Assembly: GCF_006345805.1 (NCBI RefSeq)
Contig: NC_042999.1
Span: 135,160,001-135,224,000, forward strand
Direction: 5' to 3'
Length of the DNA stretch: 64,000 nucleotides
Origin: Octopus sinensis
Taxonomy: Eukaryota
Positions 49,501 through 59,862 of this stretch are shown piece after piece. The notes under the pieces were generated by a model. It did not search any database, was not told where the DNA came from, and saw only the letters and a list, made by a program, of their open reading frames with translations. Both the position numbers and the translations under genes were made by a program. Numbering within the stretch: the first letter of the stretch is position 1; each line of letters begins with the position of its first letter.

Positions 49501-52500
49501 CTATCTTTCAGCTATACACCGCCTGCACCAACATCAACACCTTCACTGACACTCCAACAACAACAACAAATGTAATACTCACATGTACAACATTAATCAC
49601 AGTAGTTGTGTAAGAGGTAGTTTCTGAGTGTACAGCCATGTCTCGTGATTCTAAGACTAGATTTGCTGCTGTTTTTCAACTGACAGATTTAAAAAATAAT
49701 ATTTACCAAAGAAGTAACTTTACATTAAGGAGTGCAGCTTGATAAAATAAGTAGCAGTCAAGAACATGAGTAGCCTCTCCACCTCAAATTTCAGGCCTTG
49801 TACCTATAGTGGAACAGGTTATATGTCTGTTACTCTGTTCATCTTGAATAAATAATTACATTCAAGCTGTTCATCAAACAACTATGATTTGATCCAGTCC
49901 CTGCCATACATAACACACTGTCCCAAAATGTTTTTGGTATGAGAAACACACATCTTCAGGACTACTTATAAACCTTCATTGTATATGACTTGATAAACAA
50001 TTTTTTTGTGACTCTTTATGCCTATGACTAACAAGATAAGCTGGCTAGTATTTTATCTTCATTGTGTATTTTATTACAGCAAGGAATTGAGTCTGCTCCA
50101 CTGTTTCCTATCATGGTTGAAAGTGAGGGTCCACAGAGAGTTCCTGCAAACAATAATGTACCACAGCCAAGTTCAAGTTCAGCTGATGGTGGAAGTGAAT
50201 CTGTAACAACACAGAATAAAGTCGACTCCAGTGTAACAGCACCAGCAAACACTTCTGAGGGAGAAGAAATGCAAGATGGAGCCACGTAAGTCAGGTTTTT
50301 TTTAAATAACTCAAAATTATTTATGACATTGAGATTTGTTGCAAGCAATGTCGCTCAGACTTGAGTTCTTTTTGTTATGGCTGTAATGTGGTTACTACTG
50401 ATTATGTTATACAGTGTGTTGTTCTATATTCTTTGTGATATGGATTTAACTCAGTTAATACTGAATATGTTATGTGGATTGTCATATATCTTTTGTGACA
50501 TGGTTGTAACATACAAAGTTTGTATAAAAAAAAGAACAATTAACTGTTTTTTTAAAAAGCCAAATTTTCACTTTACAATTTAATGAAACTTATCTCCTTC
50601 AGTATAGTTCCCTCTCCTGTTGGTAACACTGCTTTCAACATTTTCTTATTGTTTTGGAACATGACCTGATGCATTTTCAAGTGTGCTATTCATGTAGTGA
50701 AGTTTTTTGATTTCCTCTGTTATCTAAAATCAGTGATCTTTCAGACTGGGTGTCAACTTTGGGAATGCAAACACATAAGCAAGGGCCAAATCTAAAGAGC
50801 AGGGCACCATGTTTTGGCAAAACATCCTGGATAACAAGTGATATGTGAGCAGATGCATTATGTTGCCTGATCCTAGTTTTGTTTATCCATTCTCTTGCGT
50901 TGTCTCTCTCAAATACCTCTAGACATCCAAGTAAAATTGTCTATTGATTTTCTGGTCAAATGGAAGAAACTTGTGATAAAAGACAGCCTTCCATTCAAAG
51001 AAGATGTTCCAGCAACTCTGACATACCTGTTTTGGACACGGCAACAGTGATCCATCTAATTGCATTGAATGCCATTTTGTTTTCATTAAACTAGCAGAGA
51101 TTTATATTTATCATCTGTTATTATAGTTTCAAAAAAGTGTTATTAGTATTCAAACAATCAAACAACTGACTGATTGTTATTCTGTTCTGTTTTGTTTGTC
51201 TCTCAGCAGATTTAGCACAAATATTTTGGTAGCATGATGCATTTTAATTATTTTCTTTTAAAATCACATAGCAAGGACTTTTACAAATGCTTATTTCTTG
51301 AGAAATTCATTGGCAATACAGTGACGGGTTTTACAGATCACAGCACATACTTGTATATAATTGTTGTCCATTGTCTTTGAAGATAATCCTGAGTTGGAAT
51401 CATTTTTGATGTGTCTTCTTCCTGATTATAAATACTCCTGTTACACACGAGATTGTGTGTAACTAAAGCAGTTCTCTCCATAAGCCTCTTGCATCATTAG
51501 AAAATTCCATACTGCAGCCTTCGGGCTTCCCAGACCCCAGTTGAACTGTCCAACTCATGCTAGCATGGAAAGCAGACGTTAAACGATGATGATGATGATG
51601 ATGATCCTTCATTGTTTATGTTATGGCAAACCACCAAGTGTACTAAACATATATTCATTCCTGCGCATGTAGATTGATGACTAATTGATATAATGTGATA
51701 TGGTTATTATTAAACTGCAGGCCAATGTCATCCATGTGCAGCACTATTATCACAAGCTCACCATGCCAGCTGATTGGTGCACTGACTTAAAAGATTGTTT
51801 CTTTTTGAACAGACTTCATATTTGTAACTATGGTAACACTGAGTATGTTATGGTATTAATGAATATTGTATAATATTCTGATATATGTAATATTTACATT
51901 TTGTATAATATTCTAATTCCCCACAGCACTGAAACCAATCATTCATCATCATCATCATCATCATCATCATTTAGCGTCCGTTTTCCATGCTAGCATGGGT
52001 TGGACGGTTCTACTGGGGTCTGTGAAGCCAGAAGGCTTCATCAGGCCCAGTCAAATCTGGCAGTGTTTCTACGGCTGGATGCCCTTCCTAACGCCAACCA
52101 CTCCGTGAGTGTAGTGGGTGCTTTTTACGTGCCACCCGCACTGGTGCCAGACAGAGCTGGCAAACGGCCACGAACGGATGGTGCTTTTTATGTGCCACCG
52201 GCACGAGGGCCAGGCGAGGCTGGCAACGGACACGAAACGGGGCGGTGCTGGCAACGGTCGCGAAACGGAAAGTTCTCTTACATGCCACCGGCACTGGTAA
52301 CACATCTGCAATTTCCATTGATCGATTTCCATTGATCGATTTCGATTCTGATCTGATACTAATATTTATTGCAATATATATTTCATCAAAATTTTAAAGC
52401 CTGTTTATGAAGGTAAGAATTAATGTAAGAATTAATTCAATTAATATATTTGTTTAGTTCTGAACCTGTTTTCACTGAACAAGACTTAGTCAATCAGTGC

Positions 52501-54161
52501 CAAGATGACTATGAAAATGGTGGATACAGCCCAAAACTTCTTCGCTTGGATGAATTGGAGTTTGATGCCATTGTCTTTGATCCTGCTGATGATATGAAGA
52601 AATTAGAGCTAGCTCGAGAACAGGTGTTAACTACAGGTCGAGTCAAAGTAAGTTTATACTTAATTCTTTTTTTTTAATGACATAATCAAAGGAAGAGGAG
52701 AAGTGCTATGATCTTTGCAGACCCATCCAAACATTTGAATATTTATAGATTGATATCTGTAGGAAAATTTTGGAGGGGAGACTTCCAGAGGGTTGTAGTT
52801 CTGGTGGGAAAGAACTGTGAGTGTGAGATATAGGTACCATACAGTAGGACTGGTGAGAAGAGGAGGAAAGATGAGTTAGTCAGTTCAGATTGTTAGTCCA
52901 AAGGTGACGAAGCCAGTGTTGTATTGATTGAAAAGGCAGAGAAGGAACAGCATGTCTGTAAGTATGTGTGTTTGTGATTGAAACTACACTAATTAATCAA
53001 ATGACTTTCTGCTTTCAATTTACGTGTGTAGCAGCATGGTCGTATAGATGTCAGCACAGTATACCTGTGAGAGTCAAGCATATCTATTAATATCTGCATA
53101 CATATCTATACATGTGCGCACGCGTGCACACACACACACACACAAATGCATAAAATATTTCTGAAAGTATGAATATAGTTTAGCTCTATAGATTTTTCAA
53201 ATATGTATTGGTTTATATAGATTTGCAAATCAACATCTTATTTGAACAATAAATGCCCTTGATTCATAGACATGTCAAGTTTCTTAACACAGAAAATCTG
53301 TTTTTCCATAAAAATTCTGAACTTAGGCAAAGCTGTGTGTTACTAATAATACACGTTTAAAATAAAAACTGTTCCTTACACCATCATTTTCATTTTACAT
53401 ATCCATTTTTCCATTCTGACACAGGTTGGGCAGGCATTTTTCTAATACATTGTCTTACTACCTGTGGTTCTTTGTATTCTGATACAAACAACTGAAGAAA
53501 CATGACAATTTTTGTTACTGTGTATGTCATATTTTCTTCAGCTTGTTTTTATGGTTGGATGTCCTTCCTATTGCCAACTATTTTAGAGTATGGACTGGGT
53601 GTATTTTATTGTGCCAGTGATACTCAATAGGTTTTCTGCGAGAACTACAGAAATTCCTTTACCATGTATCAGTTTTTGTGTTTTGAAAGTGCAGTCAATG
53701 CATGCACAATCTTAAACCTTCTGAAAGAAGACCATTTGACTGACAGCAACAATTCAACGGCTCACAGACTCTGTTCTTTTTTTTCTGTCTCTGTTGTTAC
53801 TAGTATTTACTATACCACAATTTACTGCCCCCCAGGCTCATCCAGTTATCTCATCTTTTATGCTATTTCTGCACCAAACACTTTATATAGTCTTTCTGTC
53901 CCATAAACATAACTGTCTGGTATCCTGCCTTGCCTGTGTTTTTCCTGCAGGCACCAAAATAATGATAACATCCAAATTGCTACCTAAGCAGCTGAAGGAT
54001 ATTAGAATTGAGGCTCTGCATTGTCATACTGCAGAAAAATGCAATCCTATATTCTGCAAGAATCCTAAGAAAAATTCTTGAGGTTTGAGAAGATTTGCTG
54101 TTACCAAACTTCAAGGTAACATCCTTGCCAGCTAATATAGCATGTAACAGTTATAAAAATA

Positions 54162-54194
<33 letters not shown>

Positions 54195-57100
54195 CATGCC
54201 TCCTTATTGATATGACTGTCCCAATCGATATAAACGTATCTGTCAAGACCTACCAGAAACTGAGCAAATATAAAGATCTGGAAATAGAAATCAGAAAAAT
54301 GTGGAACCTGAAGACTAAGACAATACCTGTTGTCATAGGTGCCCTGGGAATGATAGCAAAAGGGGCTGATTGCTACCTAACTCAGGTACCAGGAAACCCC
54401 AAAATGGCAGAAATTCAAAAGATAGTGCTCATGGGAACTGCTCATATCCTACACAAAATACTTTCTATGTAATCTCAAGTTTAAAAACAAACATAATTTT
54501 CGTATGGTTTTTTAGGCATTCACTAGTACAACACTATGTACAAAACCAAATATATGGCACCCTAGGCATAACACCAACATGAACATCCAACTTGCTGTCT
54601 CTTGAGGTCTCTGGGTGAGACTTGGAGCAACTTGTACAAATGTAAAGCAAAAGTCAAACATAGAATCATCATCATCATCATCATCATCATTTAGCGTCCA
54701 TTTTCCATGCTAGCATGGGTTGGATGGTTCAACTGGGGTCTGTGAAGCCGGAAGGCTTCATCAGGCCCAGTAAGATCTGGCAGTGTTTCTACGGCTGGAT
54801 GCCCTTCATAATACCAACCACTCCATGAGTGTAGTGGGTGCTTTTTACGTGCCACCTGCACAAGTGCCAGACAGAGCTGGCAAACGGCCACGAATGGATG
54901 GTGCTATTACGTGCCACCGGCACGGGGGCCAGGCGAGGCTGGCAGCGGACACAAACGGATGGTGCTTTTATGTGCCACCGGCACAGAGGCCAGACGGGGC
55001 GGCGCCGACAACGGTCATGATCGGATGGTTCGCTTATACACAGCTGCAATTTCCACTGATGTTGATCGACTTCAATTTTGGTTCTGCTTTCTGATATCTG
55101 ATTTGATTTTGATTTTGATCACTGGTCTTGCCGGGTCTTCTCACACACAGCATACTTCCATAGGTCTCTAGTCATTTCCTTGGTGAGACCTAAAGTTCGA
55201 AGGTCGTGCTTCACCACCTCATCCCAGGTTTTCCTGGGTCTACCTCTTTCACAGGTTCCCTCAACTGCTAGGGTGTGGCACTTTTGCACACAACTATCTT
55301 CACCCATTCTCGTCACATGCCCATACCAGTGCAGACGTCTCTCTTGCACACCACAACTGAGGCTTCTTAGGTTCAACTTTTCTCTCAAGGTACTTACACT
55401 CTGTCGATTATGAACACTGATTTACACATCCATTGGAGCATACTGGCTTCATTTCTTGCGAGCTTACGCATATCCTCAGCAGTCACAGCCCATGTTTCAC
55501 TACCATGTAGCATGGCTGTACGTACACATGCATCATACAGTCTGCCTTTTACTCTGAGCGAGAGGCCTTTTGTCACCAGCAGGGGTAAGAGCTCTCTAAA
55601 CTTTGCCCAGGCTATTCTTAATAATAATAATAAGAATAATAATAATCCTTTCTATTAAAGGCACAAGGTACTTAATTTATTGACCCTCAAAGTCAACCTC
55701 AGTGGAATTTGAACTGAAAGGTAGTGACGGGTGAAATACTGCTAAGCATTTTATTCAGCATGCTAACAATTCTGCTTCCCTTTCTGTTCTAGCTGTAATG
55801 ATCTCTGCTCCTTATAGTTAGTAAATTTTGAACCAACACTGCTTTGGGCCTACTTTGATAAATAGACATTAAACGTCTCTGTCTTATACATGATTTGTTG
55901 ATCATGTCACAGTTACTTATATATGATTTCTCTGTTGTAGACAACAAAGTGAAGACCTTTTGAATGAATGGCCAGTATCTTGTATCCAAATTAGCATTGT
56001 TTCCATAGCAAAGATATTTCATCCTGTCCACCTGGGTTATAAATGACCAATCCACTTGTACAAAGAATATTTTGTTAGCTTCTTCTGCAGCTTGAAATCT
56101 TCCCATTTACAGGAATACAACTGCAGTAAACCAGCCTTCTTACTTCTTATCAAACTCTTATCTGAGAAGATACACTGAACATTGAATAGTTAAATTTCTG
56201 CCACTGCCATCTTAAGCACTATAAACTGATAGAAAATATAAGAAAAATCCTTAATCTACACGTTACAGCTCATATTGACTACATCAGATCCAATCTCACC
56301 TCTCATAATTATCTCCATTATTTGTTGCTGACTCTTGAGAATCAGGACTATCTTTTACCTTTCACCCTTTATTTGTTTCAGTCATTAGATTACGAGCATG
56401 CTGGGGCACTGCCTTGAAGAATGGACTTCAGTACTTTTTTTTTATAAGCTTGGTACATACTTTATCAGTCTGTTTTGCTGAACTGCTAGATTACGGGGAC
56501 ATAAATATACCAACACCAGTTGTCAAGCAGTGGCAGGGAACAAACACAGACACAAGAACACACACACATATACGACAAGCTTTTGTGAGTTTCCATCTAC
56601 CAAATCCGCTCACAAGGCTTTGGTCAGCCTGGTGCTTTAGTAGAAGACTCTTACCCAAGATAATAATAATGAAATTATTGTATACAGTGCTCAGGTGCAC
56701 CACAACTTGTCAGACAGTGCATATAAAGCACATGCAGTAATGTACAAATGTCTGGAAAGCGAACAATGCATGAGTCAGATACATGCTTGTGTGTGTTTGG
56801 AGGGGAGAAAATCAGGTGTAGTGTTGGCGAATCTCAGAAAGCATGGAAGTTTTGAAGGATGCAGTGCTCCGACAACTAACAACTGATGCCGGCAGTTTGT
56901 TCCATGCTTCAGCAACTCTCAGCATGAAAAAATGTTTCCTAAAGTCATGGGAGCTGTGCTGTTTTCTGACTTTGTAAATATGTCCATGGGTGTTAGATGG
57001 GTGGAGTTTGAAAAGGTGCTCAGAGTTATTGTTTGTGCGATGGTTGATAATTTTATGGGTGTCTGCCAAGTCAGCTGCCAGACATCGGAGTTTCAATGTG

Positions 57101-58642
57101 TCCATGCCCAGGGAAGTAAGGCGTTCAGAATATGGCAAATGCCTGATGGAGGGTATTCTTTTGGTTGCACGTCACTGAACGGCTTCCAGACGATTGATAT
57201 CCTGGGCAAGATAGGGGTTCCAGACCGGTGATGCAAATTCCAGGTGAGGTCTTACCATAGCTATATAAAGCCACAGATAGATAGTCAGAGAGCTGCTCAC
57301 AAAGGATTTGGTGAGTGATGCCAAGACACCCTCAGCCTTCTTGACAGTGGGACTGAACCTGGAACCATGTTGTTAGGAACCAAGCTTCTTACTATATAGC
57401 CATGCCTTACTGTTGTTTCATAGGTTAGCCACATGGTAGGAGTATTAGACTGACATAAGAGATTCTCAATGTTTCAGATTGGATTTACTTAGCTACAGTT
57501 TTCTCTTGAATTTGCTTCTTTCAGTTGGATATGGAGACTGAATTTGAAAAGAAGGCTCGTGAAGGGATGGGTGATGATGAAGCACAATTCAGTGTTGAAG
57601 TTGCTCTTGACCAACAAGCTTTCCTGTGGTCAAACAAGTATCGACCAAGAAAACCACGTTTTTTCAACAGGGTTCATACGGTAAGTTGTATCCCTTTTTC
57701 TTTATACATCTGTTATTGTTTTGTTTTGTTTTTTTGTGTTTTTGTTTTATTGTTTTTTTGTAAAGGCTGTTGCCCTAGGCATTGAAACAGTTTGGTAAGT
57801 AAAGTATGATTGGCTGCAGTCTCTCAGTTGAAGATTGAAACATTGGCGGTTTGTGACAAGAATATTATGAGTGACACCTTGAAATTTCTGCTCCATGATA
57901 GCTATATTTTTTGTGTTTTCAAGCCACATTCATGGCACATCATTTAATGGTGTTATGTCATATATACATCGAACTTTCAAACACAGTAACTATTGTATCT
58001 GTTTCACATCAAAATATTAACCATTTATTGAATTTCATGCATTGAATTAATATTTTTATGATGAATTGAAAATCATTTACTTTTTATACATTATTTACAT
58101 TATTTACAATTGACGGATATTTTTCCTCATCTTGTTTGTTGTTAACACAACATTTCGGCTGATATACCCTCCAGCCTTCATCAGGTGTCTTGGGGAAATT
58201 TTGAACCTGGGTTCTCATTCCTAAAGTATTTTTCGATATTATTATTATTATTCAGGTCACTGCCTGGAATCGAACTCGGAATCTTGGGGTTAGTAGCCCG
58301 TGCTCTTAACCACTACGTCATATACCCATGGGCATATGAATGCTAGAGGGTATATCAGCTGAAACATTGTGTTATCAACGATTAAGAAGAGGAGAAATAT
58401 TTGTCAATTGTAAATAATGTAAATAATGCATATAATTCCTCATCTCTTAAATATAGAACTGGATTTACTTTTTATATTTAATAATTAATATCTATAATTT
58501 TAGTCTGGGTAGGCACTGACTATTTTCCCTTGGCTTCTTATCTCTGAATACCATAGAGAAAAATATAGAGGGAAAAGGCTAGGCATACTTAACTTTTGGT
58601 GTCTCTTGAGCCAATTAGTTGTCTTTTCTCTCTCTTTCTCTG

Positions 58643-58690
<48 letters not shown>

Positions 58691-59862
58691 ATCCAAACAA
58701 GAAAGCACAAAAAAACACAACAACGTGAAGACGTGGAACAAATATAGTATTATTGGACGCTCAGGAAAGAAGGAGGGTTTAACGTTTCGAGCGGAGCTCT
58801 TTGTCAGAAATATAGGAGAAGGAAAGATCCAGAGAAGGGAAGACAGAGGGAAAAAAATCGCCAACGATATATATATATGATGGTCTTCTGTGCAGATTCT
58901 GTCAACTAAGTTTATTCACAAGCCATTGCTTTGCCCAGGGCTACAGTAGAAGACACTTACCAAAGGTGCTGCCTAGTGGGGCTGAACCCAAATCTGTATT
59001 GTATTGAACCAAACTTCTTAACCATGCAGCCTACTGTATGACTTTTTTCTTCTTCCTTCGATGTGGCCTCAGTGACAATAGCAATCTACCTGTCCTTATC
59101 AACAATAAAAAATAAATTATTCATAGGTATTGAGTTGATTTGCAAGACACTTAGCAACATGTTAAGTAATGTTGGATTGAGTAGTCTCTTGATACCTTTC
59201 CCACTAAGTTTCATTGTGTTTTTTAAAGTTTTTCTATATATCTTAATTATTCTTTTTGAGCATATGTAGTTTTATACATATGTGTATGTGAAATATCTTG
59301 TTTTATGCAATGACTATGTAAGTGAATGAAAAAATATTTGAGGAATACATGTTTCAGTGTGTTGATACAGTAGATGGGTGTATTAAATTCTTGGGCATAT
59401 TGCGCATGATAGCTGACAGATAGACATGTTTCATTCTTTAGAACAAATATCACTTCAGTAGATGTAAAGCATAGCTAAAAAGTCCTTTATGGTGACAGTT
59501 ATAGACTATTTCAATGAAACTGGTTAGCTGAGAAGAAAGAAGTTTTACTGTAAATAGAATTAAATACTAAAACAATAATAAACATAACATCAGTTTCTTG
59601 GAACTGATCTCTGTTAGTCACCCTTAACTACTTAACCATCAAAATTTGATTGTTTCTTATAAATTTATGATGCATTTCTCTTATATAAGTTTCAACAAAG
59701 GTGAATAAGTATTTTAGTTGAAGGGAGTCATATTTATATTTGAGTAAGTAATCACTTTTTGGTTTCTTCCTATTTCAGGGCTTTGAATGGAACAAGTATA
59801 ACCAAACTCATTATGACATTGATAATCCACCACCTAAAATTGTACAAGGATACAAATTCAAT
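21182..59862 (+). CDS. CACTIN: Cactin, spliceosome C complex subunit; 16 exons (1890 nt, 630 codons), 3' end outside window
   Basis: Exons join in one open frame with matching phases; [82 protein letters not shown]. Confidence 0.97.
21368..21797 (-). mobile_element. Nested pair of family A SINEs (copy 21530-21758 inside the head of another)
   Basis: Two GGCAAAGTCGACCT(C/T)GGCGGAATTTGAACTC cores; head of the outer copy resumes at 21759. Confidence 0.75.
22580..22999. mobile_element. MITE with perfect 35-bp TIRs, 8-bp TSD and microsatellite interior (Merlin-like by GG ends)
   Basis: TIR GGTTAATATCTAGATCCGCACCCGGTGGAAAAAAT 22580-22614 and reverse complement 22965-22999; ATCAAAAC at 22572-79 and 23000-07. 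Confidence 0.9.
23110..23350. repeat. 100-bp tandem repeat (~2.4 units), CpG/TpG alternating
   Basis: GCGCGCACGCGCGTGTGCG at 23145 and 23245; multiple GCTTGTTC. Confidence 0.9.
24100..25250 (-). mobile_element. RTE LINE RT fragment, decayed
   Basis: Shares segments with 34530-34840 and 55140-55620 (e.g. TACAAGCATCATACAACCTGTCCTT, GACTCAAGTCCTCTCAG-like). Confidence 0.65.
25488..25691 (+). CDS. CACTIN: Cactin exon 2
   Basis: TTTGCAG acceptor; [12 protein letters not shown]...YQAEK; GTAGG donor. Confidence 0.85.
28184..28253 (+). CDS. CACTIN: Cactin exon 3
   Basis: [23 protein letters not shown]. Confidence 0.95.
28383..29590 (-). mobile_element. Full-length decayed Tc1/mariner-superfamily transposon (~1.2 kb)
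   Basis: TIRs CAGGGTGTCCCCCAAAA / TTTTGGGGACATCCTG; TA on left; ORF 29294-29506 [16 protein letters not shown]; QQDGAP near 28800. Confidence 0.8.
30211..30264 (+). CDS. CACTIN: Cactin exon 4
   Basis: [18 protein letters not shown]. Confidence 0.95.
31298..31444 (+). CDS. CACTIN: Cactin exon 5
   Basis: [20 protein letters not shown]...MAENR; donor GTCCGT. Confidence 0.93.
31523..31995 (+). mobile_element. CR1-clade LINE 3' end with (ATT)n tail
   Basis: [20 protein letters not shown]...[10 protein letters not shown]...[17 protein letters not shown]. Confidence 0.85.
33040..33260 (+). mobile_element. Family A SINE
   Basis: GGCGTCGAGCTGGCAGAAACATTAGC head, CAGGCCTTGTGCCTAG tail variant. Confidence 0.8.
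34002..34073 (+). CDS. CACTIN: Cactin exon 6
   Basis: [24 protein letters not shown]. Confidence 0.95.
34287..35960 (-). mobile_element. Rearranged RTE-clade LINE (RT domain)
   Basis: [20 protein letters not shown]...[11 protein letters not shown]; HQGSVLS..LF; ELLY(A)DD; internal segments duplicated and permuted. Confidence 0.9.
36393..36455 (+). CDS. CACTIN: Cactin exon 7
   Basis: [21 protein letters not shown]; acceptor ATAAAAG. Confidence 0.9.
37476..37530 (+). CDS. CACTIN: Cactin exon 8
   Basis: [18 protein letters not shown]. Confidence 0.95.
37587..38885 (-). mobile_element. RTE 3' UTR with expanded 62-bp module array plus two partial tandem re-duplications
   Basis: Units start 37759, 37821, 37883, 37945, 38008, 38070, 38137; repeated GATACAAATTCCATTGATGTTCATCTATTTTG blocks near 38170, 38495, 38835. 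Confidence 0.85.
39060..39360 (+). mobile_element. RTE RT fragment
   Basis: MQFDFV...[22 protein letters not shown]. Confidence 0.7.
40069..40157 (+). CDS. CACTIN: Cactin exon 9
   Basis: [30 protein letters not shown]. Confidence 0.96.
40445..40830 (-). mobile_element. RTE C-terminus plus 3' UTR fragment (variant subfamily)
   Basis: [14 protein letters not shown] stop, followed by module array. Confidence 0.7.
41230..41620 (+). mobile_element. Tc1/mariner transposase C-terminal remnant
   Basis: QDEAT...WMGGCG...[11 protein letters not shown] resembles QDGAP...WIGRGG..WPPRSPDLTPCDFFLWG. Confidence 0.5.
41920..42073 (+). CDS. CACTIN: Cactin exon 10
   Basis: [17 protein letters not shown]...YWRDI...LDPLSR. 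Confidence 0.96.
42245..42430 (-). mobile_element. Family A SINE
   Basis: Same core and tail as 21530-21758. Confidence 0.8.
42690..43570 (-). mobile_element. Old RTE RT C-terminal fragment
   Basis: Similar to 55140-55620 (CACCACTT, CAGCTGTCAT, CATACTACAGCG...). Confidence 0.5.
44540..44686 (+). CDS. CACTIN: Cactin exon 11
   Basis: [22 protein letters not shown]...GGEGIDI. Confidence 0.95.
45451..45670. mobile_element. piggyBac-like MITE
   Basis: TTAA-CCCTTTAGCATTCA ... TGAACACTAAAGGG-TTAA. Confidence 0.8.
46056..47221. mobile_element. Non-autonomous hAT element (1166 bp)
   Basis: TIRs CAGGGCCATCAC / GCGATGGCCCTG; perfect 8-bp TSD TCTACAGG at 46048-55 and 47222-29. Confidence 0.88.
48582..48691 (+). 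CDS. CACTIN: Cactin exon 12
   Basis: [37 protein letters not shown]. Confidence 0.96.
50080..50285 (+). CDS. CACTIN: Cactin exon 13
   Basis: [10 protein letters not shown] followed by S/T/N-rich linker; GTAAGT donor, phase 2. Confidence 0.9.
51944..52350 (-). mobile_element. RTE 3' UTR copy
   Basis: Near-identical to 533-955. Confidence 0.85.
52458..52647 (+). CDS. CACTIN: Cactin exon 14
   Basis: [10 protein letters not shown]...[11 protein letters not shown]...TGRVK. Confidence 0.92.
54193..54663 (+). mobile_element. R4/Dong-like site-specific non-LTR retrotransposon 3' end (restriction-like endonuclease)
   Basis: [28 protein letters not shown]...IPVVIGALG; starts directly after (TAA)n. 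Confidence 0.8.
54667..55620 (-). mobile_element. 5'-truncated RTE LINE: RT C-terminus, 3' UTR with three modules, (TGA)n tail
   Basis: [20 protein letters not shown]; [12 protein letters not shown]...[15 protein letters not shown]...KTRQDQ stop. Confidence 0.9.
56659..57280 (-). mobile_element. CR1-clade LINE 3' end
   Basis: [15 protein letters not shown]...[10 protein letters not shown]...AWNKLP; closely similar to 31523-31995. Confidence 0.85.
57525..57680 (+). CDS. CACTIN: Cactin exon 15
   Basis: [21 protein letters not shown]...[18 protein letters not shown]. Confidence 0.96.
58089..58460 (-). mobile_element. Composite element: inverted terminal arm, tRNA-like Pol III head, (AAT)n, hammerhead-bearing tail
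   Basis: Head 58252-58330 with AGTGGTTAAG and GAGTTCGATTCC boxes; arms 58089-58171 and 58346-58428 are reverse complements. Confidence 0.75.
58144..58189 (-). ncRNA. Minimal type I hammerhead ribozyme
   Basis: Minus: GACAC-CTGATGA-A-GGCTG-GAGGGTATAT-CAGCC-GAAA-T-GTT-GTGTT. Confidence 0.8.
58777..58811 (-). ncRNA. Minimal type I hammerhead ribozyme (core decayed)
   Basis: Minus: ATTT-CTGACAA-A-GAGC-TCC-GCTC-GAAA-C-GTT-AAAC; G8 mutated to A. Confidence 0.6.
59779..59862 (+). CDS. CACTIN: Cactin exon 16
   Basis: [28 protein letters not shown]; GTAAGT donor. Confidence 0.97.

Noticed and set aside
49915-49965. Further hammerhead candidates (CTGAAGA/CTGATGA/CTGAGGA hits here and at ~9100, ~44165)
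   Set aside because: No GAAA at a paired stem II, or no stem I complement.
58252-58330. Functional tRNA-Ser gene
   Set aside because: T stem CCGAG/CCAGG and the acceptor stem do not pair properly, no long variable arm, no T-run terminator; treated as a SINE-type head.
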